Notes: generated by a model not told the origin, from the letters alone. A stretch of 64,000 bases of DNA from a virus (IMGVR_UViG_3300014204_000107:107468-171467); one strand, 5' to 3'; positions 20,200 through 29,891 are shown, counted from the stretch's first letter. Made by a program: numbers and translations.

Positions 20200-20630
20200 T
20201 ATCCAATCAGGACACTAAATCATGAAAGTAGCAAATGGATTGCTTGCATTGTTAAACCCACAGGGGAATTTTTTATCAGATCAGTGCAATGTAATCATGA
20301 AGTTTGTGAAATCAACCTTTAATTCAACGCGGGGGTTAACAGAAGCTAAATACTTTTGACAAGCGTTGCAAGTGTTATGATAAGCTAAGTTGTTATAACA
20401 TGGTTACTGCAGTTCACCCAGTAAGTCCTTCACGCAACTATGATTGAAGGAAGGGTTCGTGGACCTTAGCGCATGTTTAAGGAGATGGTTGCTATGTTAG
20501 TACTCTTCTGCTAATACCTTAAATATTACATATGTCCGAATACTAGATTCTGCCGTAGTGTTAGATAACTAACATTACATAAAAAAGCAACAAGCAAACG
20601 GCTGCTGGTGAAGAAGTTGCTTTTTTTATT
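20200..20630 (+). ncRNA. candidate large structured ncRNA of unknown class
   Basis: ~430-nt gap with many stems (ttactg/cagtaa, tccttca/tgaagga, cctta/taagg, gtagtgttag/ctaacattac) and a terminal U-tailed hairpin; promoter-like box upstream. Confidence 0.5.
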
Positions 20631-20659
20631 TGAAATTTTAAACCAAATTTATATAACAA

Positions 20660-20938
20660 ATGCTTAAAGTTAAACAGGGTGATGTTACATTTAAAGTAAA
20701 ATGGCATTACGGTACAGAATCTATTAGTGATACTAACTGTGTTATCTATATTTTCGATGAAAAAACGGGAAAAGAAGAAGAAAAATCCACCGGTATTGCA
20801 TTTTGTGCATGGAACGACCAATTTGAAAAAAATATTGGTAGAAAGATTTCTTTACAGCGTGCTTTACAAGCATTTGACAGACCAGACAGGCAACCTTTTT
20901 GGGATGCATACTACAAGATGCACGGAAACAGGTGGTAA
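20660..20938 (+). CDS. hypothetical protein
   Basis: GIAFC...DQFEKNIGRKISLQRAL motif. Confidence 0.7.
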   Translation: MLKVKQGDVTFKVKWHYGTESISDTNCVIYIFDEKTGKEEEKSTGIAFCAWNDQFEKNIGRKISLQRALQAFDRPDRQPFWDAYYKMHGNRW

Positions 20939-21008
20939 ACTACTTATTATTTAATGTGCAAAACCAAGGGGGCAACTGCTTTCTTGGTTTTTGTTTGGTT
21001 AGTATTAC

Positions 21009-21656
21009 ATGGAATATAACGAGTTAATAAAAGATTTTGGGCTTGACCCTTACTTTAAGGCACTGTTGCTTGATAATCCAGGTGAGAATAATCCATATCA
21101 CAACATTAATCACTCATTAACTGTTCTTAAGAATTGCCACAAAATATCAATTTCATTAAACGATTCTATTTTTAGCAAATTACCACCTACAAGGATGCTA
21201 TTAGAATTGAGAATGTTATATACTGCTGCATTGATGCATGATTATGCACATAGTGGTGGCGCAACTACTGATAATATGAACGTTACGATTGCAGTACAAT
21301 CGTTTAAAATTATAGCTCTTGAAAATAATGAAACGTTGGAATTTATTAATGGTGTATCTGATATCATTCGTGCTACTGAATATCCATATGTAATTGTATA
21401 TAATGATTTATCATTGTTGCAACATATCATACGGGATGCTGATTTATTGCAATGGGCAGAATATGATTGGGTGCAGACTATGCTAATTAATTTATTAAAT
21501 TGTGAAATGAAAAAACAAATTACAGCAGAAACGATAGATGGGTTTTTAAATTTTCATGGGCCAAGCCAATTTTACACTGATTACGCCCATTCAATCGCAG
21601 CAAATGCGTGGCCAAGAGTTAAAAGAGATATTGAATTTATTAAAACCTTACTATGA
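21009..21656 (+). CDS. HD-domain phosphohydrolase
   Basis: PYHNINHS, AALMHDYAHSG, IIRDADL. Confidence 0.85.
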   Translation: MEYNELIKDFGLDPYFKALLLDNPGENNPYHNINHSLTVLKNCHKISISLNDSIFSKLPPTRMLLELRMLYTAALMHDYAHSGGATTDNMNVTIAVQSFKIIALENNETLEFINGVSDIIRATEYPYVIVYNDLSLLQHIIRDADLLQWAEYDWVQTMLINLLNCEMKKQITAETIDGFLNFHGPSQFYTDYAHSIAANAWPRVKRDIEFIKTLL

Positions 21657-22105
21657 GGCAGGCAAAATTTTATTTAGATGCCGATGGAACTATGTATCGT
21701 CTTGATGTAAGAAAGCACCCAGTTATTATGCGTTTTCTTGCGAATAAATGGGATGAAATCATTAAATCATATAATGAAATGAAAGAAAAGCATCCTGGTG
21801 GCCTTACGGTGGGCTATACTGATTACCCATATTACACAATGAATGCGGATAATTGGGCAAAAATCGAAAAACAAATAGGTAAAAAAATCAAATGGGATTA
21901 TGTGGTTGTATGTTATGAAGCATCAAATAGACCAGTTGTTCTTTTAAAGCGTGAAAATACATTCGCAGATAAATTACAAGAAGCAGGGTTGCTCGATAAT
22001 GTCGTACAAGATGAAGTAGTATCGCAAATAATGGAAGAAATTCAAAACGGCGATGAAATTGAAATAATTCAAAAAGAATTAGATGCTCCACTAATCAAAA
22101 AATGA
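21653..22105 (+). CDS. hypothetical protein
   Basis: ATGA-coupled ORF. Confidence 0.65.
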   Translation: MRQAKFYLDADGTMYRLDVRKHPVIMRFLANKWDEIIKSYNEMKEKHPGGLTVGYTDYPYYTMNADNWAKIEKQIGKKIKWDYVVVCYEASNRPVVLLKRENTFADKLQEAGLLDNVVQDEVVSQIMEEIQNGDEIEIIQKELDAPLIKK

Positions 22106-22404
22106 AAAAACTTATAATATTATTTGCGTTATTATTGGTTTCTATATGTTCTTTTTCACAGAAGATGTATGTGACGAAGAATAAATTTGAAGCTGATTAT
22201 AAAGTATATGTAACTTCCAACAAATTCGAAGCAAACCAATTAGTTTATATAACTGATAACCAATTTGAAGTTAAAAAATGCATATGGTATTATGTAAATA
22301 ATAAATATCGTGCAGACTATACTATATGGTTTACTAAAAATAAATTTGAATCCAATCTTATTGTCTATTTCGTTGATAGCAAGTTTAAGACAAAATTGAA
22401 TTAA
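22102..22404 (+). CDS. secreted protein with short V(Y/F)VTxNKFEAD repeats (DUF6150-like)
   Basis: signal peptide ending SFS-Q; about five imperfect repeats. Confidence 0.75.
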   Translation: MKKLIILFALLLVSICSFSQKMYVTKNKFEADYKVYVTSNKFEANQLVYITDNQFEVKKCIWYYVNNKYRADYTIWFTKNKFESNLIVYFVDSKFKTKLN

Positions 22405-22469
22405 TTTACTTTCTTCTTTGATATTTGATAGAATTTTAGTATCTTACTATATATCATAAAATAAACAAC

Positions 22470-22826
22470 ATGGTTGATATTAAGAATCTTAAAATTAAAA
22501 GCTTTTTCCCGCCGTTTCTTTTTACTACTGAGACCAGAAAATATATTGTAGTGCCAATGTCGAATGAATATCCAGATGATATTGAAATTCCATTAAATTC
22601 TACGCTTACATTAGAAGAGCTTCGCACTAAACATTGGGAGCAAATTTCAAATGTTGGCGATAGTACTACATCTAAAGATATTGTCGAAAAAGTAAAATCT
22701 GCAAGAACAGGGGAAATATATACAGTATCATGTATTAATGGACAATGGAATTGCACTTGCCCTGGATTTGGATTCAGACATATTTGCAAGCATATTGATC
22801 ATGTCAAGCAAAAGCAAACAAAATAA
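22470..22826 (+). CDS. SWIM zinc-finger protein
   Basis: WNCTCPGFGFRHICKHI. Confidence 0.8.
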   Translation: MVDIKNLKIKSFFPPFLFTTETRKYIVVPMSNEYPDDIEIPLNSTLTLEELRTKHWEQISNVGDSTTSKDIVEKVKSARTGEIYTVSCINGQWNCTCPGFGFRHICKHIDHVKQKQTK

Positions 22827-23525
22827 TTATGCTGGTTTGAGAGAAAATGCAAAGGCACTGCCATCATTACTCTTACTATAAACCCATATGCTACCACCCA
22901 TAAGCTCAACATATGCCTTTGTTATCATAAGGCCAACACCAACAGTTTGTTCCATATAGCTTACTGGTTCTGCAAAAACTTTTTTAAGTTTTTCACAATC
23001 CATTCCTATTCCGCTATCTATAACTTTTATTTTAATGTATGGTCCTGAAATATCTGTTTTTACTAATTCAGTAGTAATATTTATTTCAGTATTAGTGCGA
23101 CTGTAATTAATTGCATTGACTATTAAATTTCTAAAAATAATGCCAAGCAATTTCCAGTCAGCCGCTACCATTGAGCTATGCTGACCAATGCTACTAATAA
23201 TTTTTATGGACTTCCTTTCTGCTCTATCTTCTAAATCTTTTATCATATTATTAATGAAGAAGTTTAAGTTTATTTTCTCCAAATTTAATTCAATAGTATT
23301 AGTCTGTATAGTTGCCCAGCTTAATAAATTTTCAATGGTGTCATATGCATCATTAACGGTATCGAGCATAATGTAATGTATTTCTTTTTGTTTATTAATA
23401 TCATATTTTTCTGATGTGTTTATTAACTGCTTAGTCATAACAATTAAAGGTTGAAATTGACTTTTAATAATGTTATTAAATTTGCTAAAAATTAAATTAT
23501 TTGTTGATTGCATTTTAGTCTCCAT
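22827..23525 (-). CDS. histidine-kinase-like ATPase protein lacking the canonical phospho-His
   Basis: N box RNLIVNAINYS, G1 DSGIGM, G2 GVGLMIT; H-box position reads KFNNIIKSQF. Confidence 0.8.
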   Translation of the reverse strand: METKMQSTNNLIFSKFNNIIKSQFQPLIVMTKQLINTSEKYDINKQKEIHYIMLDTVNDAYDTIENLLSWATIQTNTIELNLEKINLNFFINNMIKDLEDRAERKSIKIISSIGQHSSMVAADWKLLGIIFRNLIVNAINYSRTNTEINITTELVKTDISGPYIKIKVIDSGIGMDCEKLKKVFAEPVSYMEQTVGVGLMITKAYVELMGGSIWVYSKSNDGSAFAFSLKPA

Positions 23526-23621
23526 TAGTTTCCAATATGTAGTTTTTATTTTTGAAAAAAATTGATTTTGATAATTCCTATAATATACTTATATTTACTA
23601 TTAATTAAATAAAAAATTATT

Positions 23622-24125
23622 ATGAAATATTATTTTTGGTGTATTTGTAGATTGCAGTTTAGAAAATTATTTCATGCAGCGTATTACGATTTTATTTATG
23701 GTATTAGGAATTTAGTGCATTGGTTACCAATTATTTGGCGGGATAGGCAATGGGATGATTCATTTTATTATAAAATATTGCTTGGTAAAATACGGCAACA
23801 CAAAAAATATTTAGATCGGGGTGCAGACCAACCATATTTTTTGGAAAAAAAACATCTTAAACAATTAAGATTATGTGAAAAAATTCTTGATGAATTAATT
23901 ACTGAACGCTTTGCTTCAAAGTTATATGATGCATATTATCCAAAGCACGGGCATAAATTGGAGGATGTACCAGGAAGGCCTGGTTTAAAGAAAATAGCTG
24001 ATAACACTGATGAAGAAAGAGAACTTATTAGGTTTGCAATACGGCAAGAATCTATTTACTATAACAAATACAGAAAGCTTCTTTTTAAAATAATTGAAGA
24101 AAATATCAGTAATTGGGGCGATTAA
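23622..24125 (+). CDS. hypothetical protein
   Basis: WLPIIWRDRQWD motif. Confidence 0.7.
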   Translation: MKYYFWCICRLQFRKLFHAAYYDFIYGIRNLVHWLPIIWRDRQWDDSFYYKILLGKIRQHKKYLDRGADQPYFLEKKHLKQLRLCEKILDELITERFASKLYDAYYPKHGHKLEDVPGRPGLKKIADNTDEERELIRFAIRQESIYYNKYRKLLFKIIEENISNWGD

Positions 24126-24137
24126 TTTAAAACAAAA

Positions 24138-24521
24138 ATGAAAAATTTATTTGTACCGTACAATACAGCAAAAGTATTGATTAAAGAAAAGGGGTTTGAC
24201 GCACAATGCTTATATTATTGGAGTGTCGGATTAAATGATATAACAACATTGGTGTGCACTGAAAAATATTGTAAATTTGATAGTATTGGTGCACCATTAT
24301 ATCAACAAGTAATTGATTGGCTTAGAGAAAAGCATAAGTTGCACATTTTAATTGAAGGTGATAATATTACAAGTCGCACTAAATATGAAGGATATGTATC
24401 ATTTGTAATTAAAACTGAATGGGATATAAAAGAAGATGAAATTATTCTTTTTGAATCTGAATTGAGTGATTATTATGTTGCATTAACTGATGCAATTAAT
24501 GCAGCTATTAAATTAATATAA
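24138..24521 (+). CDS. hypothetical protein
   Basis: APLYQQVIDWLREKH motif common in Bacteroidota phages. Confidence 0.7.
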   Translation: MKNLFVPYNTAKVLIKEKGFDAQCLYYWSVGLNDITTLVCTEKYCKFDSIGAPLYQQVIDWLREKHKLHILIEGDNITSRTKYEGYVSFVIKTEWDIKEDEIILFESELSDYYVALTDAINAAIKLI

Positions 24522-24946
24522 TGATAACATTTCTGCCATATTCCAATTTTATTCGTTCCGTTGAAAAACTTGATAATAAAAGACTTGGAAAGCAGCGGGT
24601 TGAAGCGATGCAAATTGTAAAAACTCTTACGGAAGGCTCGAAATGGAAAAACCATCCTGCAGTAAAAATGTGGGAAGGCCATATTGAAGCACTTAAATAT
24701 TACCACAATTGCTGTATCAACGAGTGGATTAAAAGAGGATTCAACAATACTATGCAACTATACAATGTTACAAAGTATGATTACCCGTGGTGGGTTGGTG
24801 ATGAAGACTTTCACAGGGCAATGCGTGCAAGATTAATTGAAAAAGATGAACAATATTATCTACCTAAATTTCCTGGTGATAAAGGATTTAATGGTGGTAA
24901 GTATTTATGGCCAGTAATGGAAAATAAAACATTTAGAATTATATAA
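24521..24946 (+). CDS. pyrimidine-dimer DNA glycosylase-like protein (MSMEG_6728 family)
   Basis: TFLPY.NF..S...LDNKRLGKQRVEA.QI, W.NHPAV.MW. Confidence 0.85.
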   Translation: MITFLPYSNFIRSVEKLDNKRLGKQRVEAMQIVKTLTEGSKWKNHPAVKMWEGHIEALKYYHNCCINEWIKRGFNNTMQLYNVTKYDYPWWVGDEDFHRAMRARLIEKDEQYYLPKFPGDKGFNGGKYLWPVMENKTFRII

Positions 24947-24949
24947 TAA

Positions 24950-25231
24950 ATGACAAACGAATTTGATTATTATACTGAAATTGAAGAGCTAAAAGCCCAA
25001 ATTGAATTGCTTGAAAACTCTAATCGAGCATTAACAATAATGTCACAAGATAATTTAAAGGAAATTCAAGGTATTATTGAACTTATTGACAGTGGTATAG
25101 ATAATACATATAAAACCATTAAAAATCCAAATGGGTCTATAAATTATACATTTAATTTGGGTTGGCTTGAAGCTTTTAACTACATTAGAGATTATATGGA
25201 ACTCGAATTAAACATAAAGAAACCGAAATAA
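24950..25231 (+). CDS. hypothetical protein
   Basis: coiled-coil N-terminus. Confidence 0.55.
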   Translation: MTNEFDYYTEIEELKAQIELLENSNRALTIMSQDNLKEIQGIIELIDSGIDNTYKTIKNPNGSINYTFNLGWLEAFNYIRDYMELELNIKKPK

Positions 25232-25554
25232 TGAATAAAGAATATATTATATGTGCAGCTATTTGGTATAGAGAATTACCAACTCAGCATTTCTTGCCAG
25301 TAAATATTACTGAAGGAATTGTGATATGTGGGCATAGGCACGGTCATTGCATAGATTTATTAAAAACTATGTGTAATCTAAGAACTACTAAATTAGGTCC
25401 TGATTCAGTTGGCACAACAGTGCAAGGGTTTTTAACTAATACGAATAGATTTGTTTCTAGAAAAAACGCGTTGCAAATTGCAAAGGATGCCAATCAATTG
25501 ATTAATCCTTCTTATATTACTGGTAATGAGTTGTATAGTGAAGATATTTATTAG
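25231..25554 (+). CDS. conserved phage hypothetical protein
   Basis: ICAAIW...ICGHRHGHC...QGFLTNTNRFVSR...LYSEDIY. Confidence 0.75.
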   Translation: MNKEYIICAAIWYRELPTQHFLPVNITEGIVICGHRHGHCIDLLKTMCNLRTTKLGPDSVGTTVQGFLTNTNRFVSRKNALQIAKDANQLINPSYITGNELYSEDIY

Positions 25555-25566
25555 GAACGTAACTGA

Positions 25567-26895
25567 ATGAAAGAGCAATATTTAATATTTATACCAACTG
25601 CGTATGTTCCCACTTTACAAGAATATATAATTGATAGAGAATTTATTTATAGTGTTTCAGTCATTACATTAGAGTCGTTAGACCATACGGACTTAGCACA
25701 AAGCATTAAGAATGCTATAGATAGTGCAAATCCTGATTATGTTCTTCTTATTAATGTGCTGGTATTATATGAAACCATTCCAATTCCACCTTATTCAGGC
25801 ATCATACCATCTGATAGACTTTATCATAATAAGTGTGGCCGCATAGTGATTAAAAATGAAACGGAATTATTAAACTGTTTGCACAAATTTATAAATTTTA
25901 TACCTGGGCAACGGCTATTATTAGTTGGTGATAATCTCGATACTAAGACAGATGGTTGCAAATACAATGAAAATATAATTTTGGAAGATGCCACTCGCAC
26001 TGCCCTTTGCAAAACATTTACGGTGTATGATGTTATTAGAGAATTTGAAGATAACGATCTTGTTTCAATAATTACTCATTCTGGTGCCGGTGGGTTTGGT
26101 AAAATATTTACTAATGAAGTGCCATGGTTTACTAATACTATATACCCAATTGTATATTGCATGGGATGTTATGCTGGTGATTTTACCAAAGATTATTCTT
26201 TGGCGGTTGCTGGTCTTGTATCCGGACATTGTTGGTCAACTATTATTGCTGGCAGCGTATATCAATTTTATGCTGTTGGTGCTGTTGGTGGACCAAGCTT
26301 AACGCTTGATAAATTATTTTGGCAAAATTATGACTATAGCAAAACAATAGGCGAAGCTTTATATAAAGCAAAGCAAGCAATGCCACCTACAAATCCAGAC
26401 GATTTTAGACAATGGACATTGGCGTCTGTTAATATTATAGGTGACCCAACATTACCGCTTATTGCTAATTTTGAATTAAAAGGCAATATTAATGCATATG
26501 ATGGTGATGTGCTAACATTAATTAATAGAGATAATGGAAACATATATAGCACAGTATGCAATAATGGTAGTTATTATTTTAATAACTTAGAACCAGGCAT
26601 ATTTAATATATCCGTAAATTCCAGATCTAATGCAGCATCCATCGATGCCTTATATATTGCCCAATATTTTACAGGCACACGACAATTTACAGACATTCAA
26701 AAGAAATTAGCCGATGTAAATGGTGATGGTACAATTAATTCTACTGATTCAATGATGGTACAACAGCATTTTGTTGGTATGATAAATACCTATCCAGTAG
26801 GTGAAACGTTAATACTTGATACAGTTGAAATCAATAAATTGCATACCACTAAAGATATAACCATATACTTTTATGGCGAAGTGAGCAAGCAATAA
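25567..26895 (+). CDS. peptidase C25 (gingipain)-like domain + Ig domain + type I dockerin
   Basis: ITHSGA and PIVYCMGCYAGDF (His/Cys dyad), NIIGDPTL; ADVNGDGTINSTDSMMVQQHFVG. Confidence 0.75.
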   Translation: MKEQYLIFIPTAYVPTLQEYIIDREFIYSVSVITLESLDHTDLAQSIKNAIDSANPDYVLLINVLVLYETIPIPPYSGIIPSDRLYHNKCGRIVIKNETELLNCLHKFINFIPGQRLLLVGDNLDTKTDGCKYNENIILEDATRTALCKTFTVYDVIREFEDNDLVSIITHSGAGGFGKIFTNEVPWFTNTIYPIVYCMGCYAGDFTKDYSLAVAGLVSGHCWSTIIAGSVYQFYAVGAVGGPSLTLDKLFWQNYDYSKTIGEALYKAKQAMPPTNPDDFRQWTLASVNIIGDPTLPLIANFELKGNINAYDGDVLTLINRDNGNIYSTVCNNGSYYFNNLEPGIFNISVNSRSNAASIDALYIAQYFTGTRQFTDIQKKLADVNGDGTINSTDSMMVQQHFVGMINTYPVGETLILDTVEINKLHTTKDITIYFYGEVSKQ

Positions 26896-26955
26896 TAAAA
26901 ATTTGGATTTTTCAACTATTTTTCTTACCTTTACTTTATAAACACAAACAAAACT

Positions 26956-28269
26956 ATGCTCCAAGATTTCGGAACTTTAAAACAAATGGTTGATGAACTC
27001 AATGCTGATAATTCGTCAACAGCAAAATTAATGGTGCTTAAACGGTACAAGAAAAACGAATTTATTCGTGAAGTATTGCATTATACTTATACCACATTTA
27101 AACAGTATTATGTAACTCCAGATAATCTTAGAAAAAACGAAGATTTGGTTGAATACGGTTACACAAACTTGTTTAAATTGCTTGATGACTTAGCAGCAAG
27201 AAAGATATCCGGCCATGATGCGTTAGCAAATGTTAATGGATTCATTGAAAAGAATAAGAAATACGCTGAATTAATATTGAATATTTTTGAGCGTAACTTG
27301 AAAGTGCGGTTAGATTCAAAAAGTATAAATAAAGTCTTTAAAGACTGCATTCCAACATTTGATGTGGCACTTGCAAACAAATATGAAGGCAAAGTTATTG
27401 CCAAGGTTAATTTTAAAAAAGATACATATTTTGTCAGTCGTAAATTAGACGGCTGTAGATGCATTGTTTTTTGTAATGGTGATGATGTAAAACTTATTAG
27501 TCGCCAAGGTAAAGAGTTTAAAACGCTTGATGTATTGAAAGAAGAATTTAGAAAGCTTAAAGTGTTTGGGTTAGTATTTGATGGCGAAGTTTGTATAGTG
27601 GATGATAACGGCAATGAGCATTTTGATCAAGTTCAAAGGCAAATATTACGCAAAAATTATACAATTGAAAAACCAAAATATAATGCATTTGATTGTTTAA
27701 CACAAGAAGAATTCGATGCTCAAACGTCAAAACGCATTTTAAGTGAAAGATTAAAACAGCTTAACTATATTATACGTTCAGCAGTTAAATCACATACTAT
27801 TAGTCGCAAGCGAATTGAAGTTCTCGAGCAAACTGTTGTTAAAAGCAATGCTGATTTAGAAGAATATTCAAACTATGCAACACAGCATGGTTGGGAAGGA
27901 TTGATCATTCGTAAAGATTGTGAATATAAAGGCAAACGCAGTGATGACATGCTTAAATTAAAAAAGTTTCACGACGACGAATATACGGTGAAAGACATTG
28001 AAACTGGTCCGTTTAGAGTAGTTGTGGATAATGTAGAAGTAGTTGAACAGACATTGACAAATGTAATCATAGAGCACAAAGGAAATCCTGTAAGCGTTGG
28101 TAGTGGATTTTCACTTGAAGAACGGCGTGCATTTTACAATAATCCTAAAGAAATTATTGGTAAGGTAATCACTGTGAAATATTTTGAGACGTGTAAAGAT
28201 AAAAATGGAAAAGAATCATTGAGATTTCCTACATTGAAAGCAATTCATGGACGAATTAGACAGACGTAG
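26956..28269 (+). CDS. lig: ATP-dependent DNA ligase
   Basis: SRKLDGCR, FDGEV, GWEGLIIR, MLKLK, VGSGFS, LRFP. Confidence 0.95.
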   Translation: MLQDFGTLKQMVDELNADNSSTAKLMVLKRYKKNEFIREVLHYTYTTFKQYYVTPDNLRKNEDLVEYGYTNLFKLLDDLAARKISGHDALANVNGFIEKNKKYAELILNIFERNLKVRLDSKSINKVFKDCIPTFDVALANKYEGKVIAKVNFKKDTYFVSRKLDGCRCIVFCNGDDVKLISRQGKEFKTLDVLKEEFRKLKVFGLVFDGEVCIVDDNGNEHFDQVQRQILRKNYTIEKPKYNAFDCLTQEEFDAQTSKRILSERLKQLNYIIRSAVKSHTISRKRIEVLEQTVVKSNADLEEYSNYATQHGWEGLIIRKDCEYKGKRSDDMLKLKKFHDDEYTVKDIETGPFRVVVDNVEVVEQTLTNVIIEHKGNPVSVGSGFSLEERRAFYNNPKEIIGKVITVKYFETCKDKNGKESLRFPTLKAIHGRIRQT

Positions 28270-28963
28270 AAGCTTTCTTTTTGTAGTATGATTTGCGAGC
28301 TTCACTCATTTTCTTAATAGTTTTAGATTTGTGTTTTTTCCCTTTGAAACTTCCTGGTTTACCAAATGCTGGGTTTTTGTCTCCCATTCTAGTTTCGCTT
28401 TTTGTTCTAATATGAATATTGTTATCAGTTAATATTTGCCTCATTTTTTTCTTACCCATTTTAAACTTTGCATATAACATATTAAATGAATATTCTTCTA
28501 TTTCATATAAGCGGCAGATTTCATCTATGAGTTCTTGATCACAATCTTTAAAGTTAAAATGTTTACTAAAATCAAGTTGCAATAATTGTTGCCGAATGGG
28601 TTCGGAAAATCTTAAATTAAAATGCTCTAACCCAGCAGATCTATTGACTAATATACCGTCTTTATCAATTTGGGTTCGACCATATTTTGCTATAGTTTCA
28701 AATTCTAATACATATGCATCAATACAATCTAAATTATCATATAATTTAATTCGTATGGGCTCTTGTTTAGCATTTAATAGTTTTTTAATAATATTGGTTA
28801 AATATTTATTGTGTGTATTGCGGTCATGACTTACTCGATATAAGTGATTATCAATTCGTTTGTCTTGTCCTTTACCAATATAAAATGGTTTATGTGTTAA
28901 TAACTCATCGTTAATAATTTCAGTTGGATAACAATATGCATATACATAAAAATCTTTCATCAT
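28256..28963 (-). CDS. GIY-YIG (LEM-3-like) homing endonuclease with NUMOD3 tail
   Basis: FYVYAY...PFYIGKG...R..H; LVNRSAG; NPAFGK..FKGKKHKSKTIKKMS. Confidence 0.8.
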   Translation of the reverse strand: MMKDFYVYAYCYPTEIINDELLTHKPFYIGKGQDKRIDNHLYRVSHDRNTHNKYLTNIIKKLLNAKQEPIRIKLYDNLDCIDAYVLEFETIAKYGRTQIDKDGILVNRSAGLEHFNLRFSEPIRQQLLQLDFSKHFNFKDCDQELIDEICRLYEIEEYSFNMLYAKFKMGKKKMRQILTDNNIHIRTKSETRMGDKNPAFGKPGSFKGKKHKSKTIKKMSEARKSYYKKKASTSV

Positions 28964-29060
28964 GCTCCTTTTAATATAATTATGCTCGATTTAAATTTAA
29001 TCAATATTTTGAAGACTTTTTATTAAAAATAATTATCGATAATATTATGTATTTAATGAT

Positions 29061-29156
29061 TGTGAAGTATTTTGAGGAATGTAAAGATAAAAATGGCAAA
29101 TTAAGCTTAAGGTTTCCAACCTTAAAAGCTATACACGGCAGAAAACGGTTAACTTA
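29061..29156 (+). pseudogene. displaced duplicate of the DNA ligase 3' end
   Basis: VKYFEECKDKNGKLSLRFPTLKAIHGRKRLT* versus ligase VKYFETCKDKNGKESLRFPTLKAIHGRIRQT*. Confidence 0.85.
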
Positions 29157-29168
29157 ATAACATCAATT

Positions 29169-29390
29169 ATGTGTAGTTATAATTTAGAATTATTGACAGA
29201 ACAAACTATTGCATATCAGTGCCCTTATTGCTATAATACTATTCTGGGGGGTAATATTATTGCTGAAACTATATATGATGTTGTTAGAATTGGTCACAAT
29301 ATAGGTGGTATTGCTATTGTTATGCAATGCAATCATTGCAGCAGGAAATCTTTTATTCACAAAGAAAGTTTAATATGGAAAATATTATAG
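29169..29390 (+). CDS. small zinc-ribbon protein
   Basis: CPYC...CNHC. Confidence 0.6.
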   Translation: MCSYNLELLTEQTIAYQCPYCYNTILGGNIIAETIYDVVRIGHNIGGIAIVMQCNHCSRKSFIHKESLIWKIL

Positions 29391-29599
29391 AATATAATGG
29401 TAAAGAATTAAAATGGAATTATGATATATGCCCATGTTTGATATGCCCATTATATGAAGCAAGTAAACAGTTTCATGCAGCAAACGACCCAGACGCACGA
29501 CATGATAAATGTTATACATCTAGATGCACTTATAATGCAAAAAATGCAAGTGACATTGCTTGGGGAATTTACTACATAATGCATCCAAATGAATTTTAA
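29375..29599 (+). CDS. small Cys-rich protein
   Basis: likely start MENII at 29375; CPCLICP...C...C. Confidence 0.55.
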   Translation: MENIIEYNGKELKWNYDICPCLICPLYEASKQFHAANDPDARHDKCYTSRCTYNAKNASDIAWGIYYIMHPNEF

Positions 29600-29630
29600 T
29601 TAAAAAATAAAATTAAACAGGACTAATAAA

Positions 29631-29891
29631 ATGATAGAAATAAAAGGAAGATACGCTAATGCTGCTATAATGACAAACGACATAGAAGAATCAGCATTGA
29701 CCCAAGTACATAATATTATTAATAATCTTATAGCTACTGGTACTATTGTTTTACAACCAGATGTTCACGCCGGGGCTGCTGGACCCATTGGCTTAACGAT
29801 GGAATTATCAGAAAAAGTAGTGCCGCAAATTAAGCTTAAGGTTTCCAACTTTAAAAGCTATACACGGCAGAAAACGGTTAACATAAAATGA
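29631..29891 (+). pseudogene. rtcB: RtcB tRNA-splicing ligase N-terminal fragment
   Basis: IEESALTQV..., QPDVHAG..GPIGLT...KVVP, broken just before the VGVDIGCG motif by the 58-bp repeat. Confidence 0.8.

Larger units (their letters stand above)
29096..29882 (+). repeat. 58-bp direct repeats (29096-29153 and 29825-29882)
   Basis: gcaaattaagcttaaggtttccaac(c/t)ttaaaagctatacacggcagaaaacggttaac, one mismatch. Confidence 0.9.
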
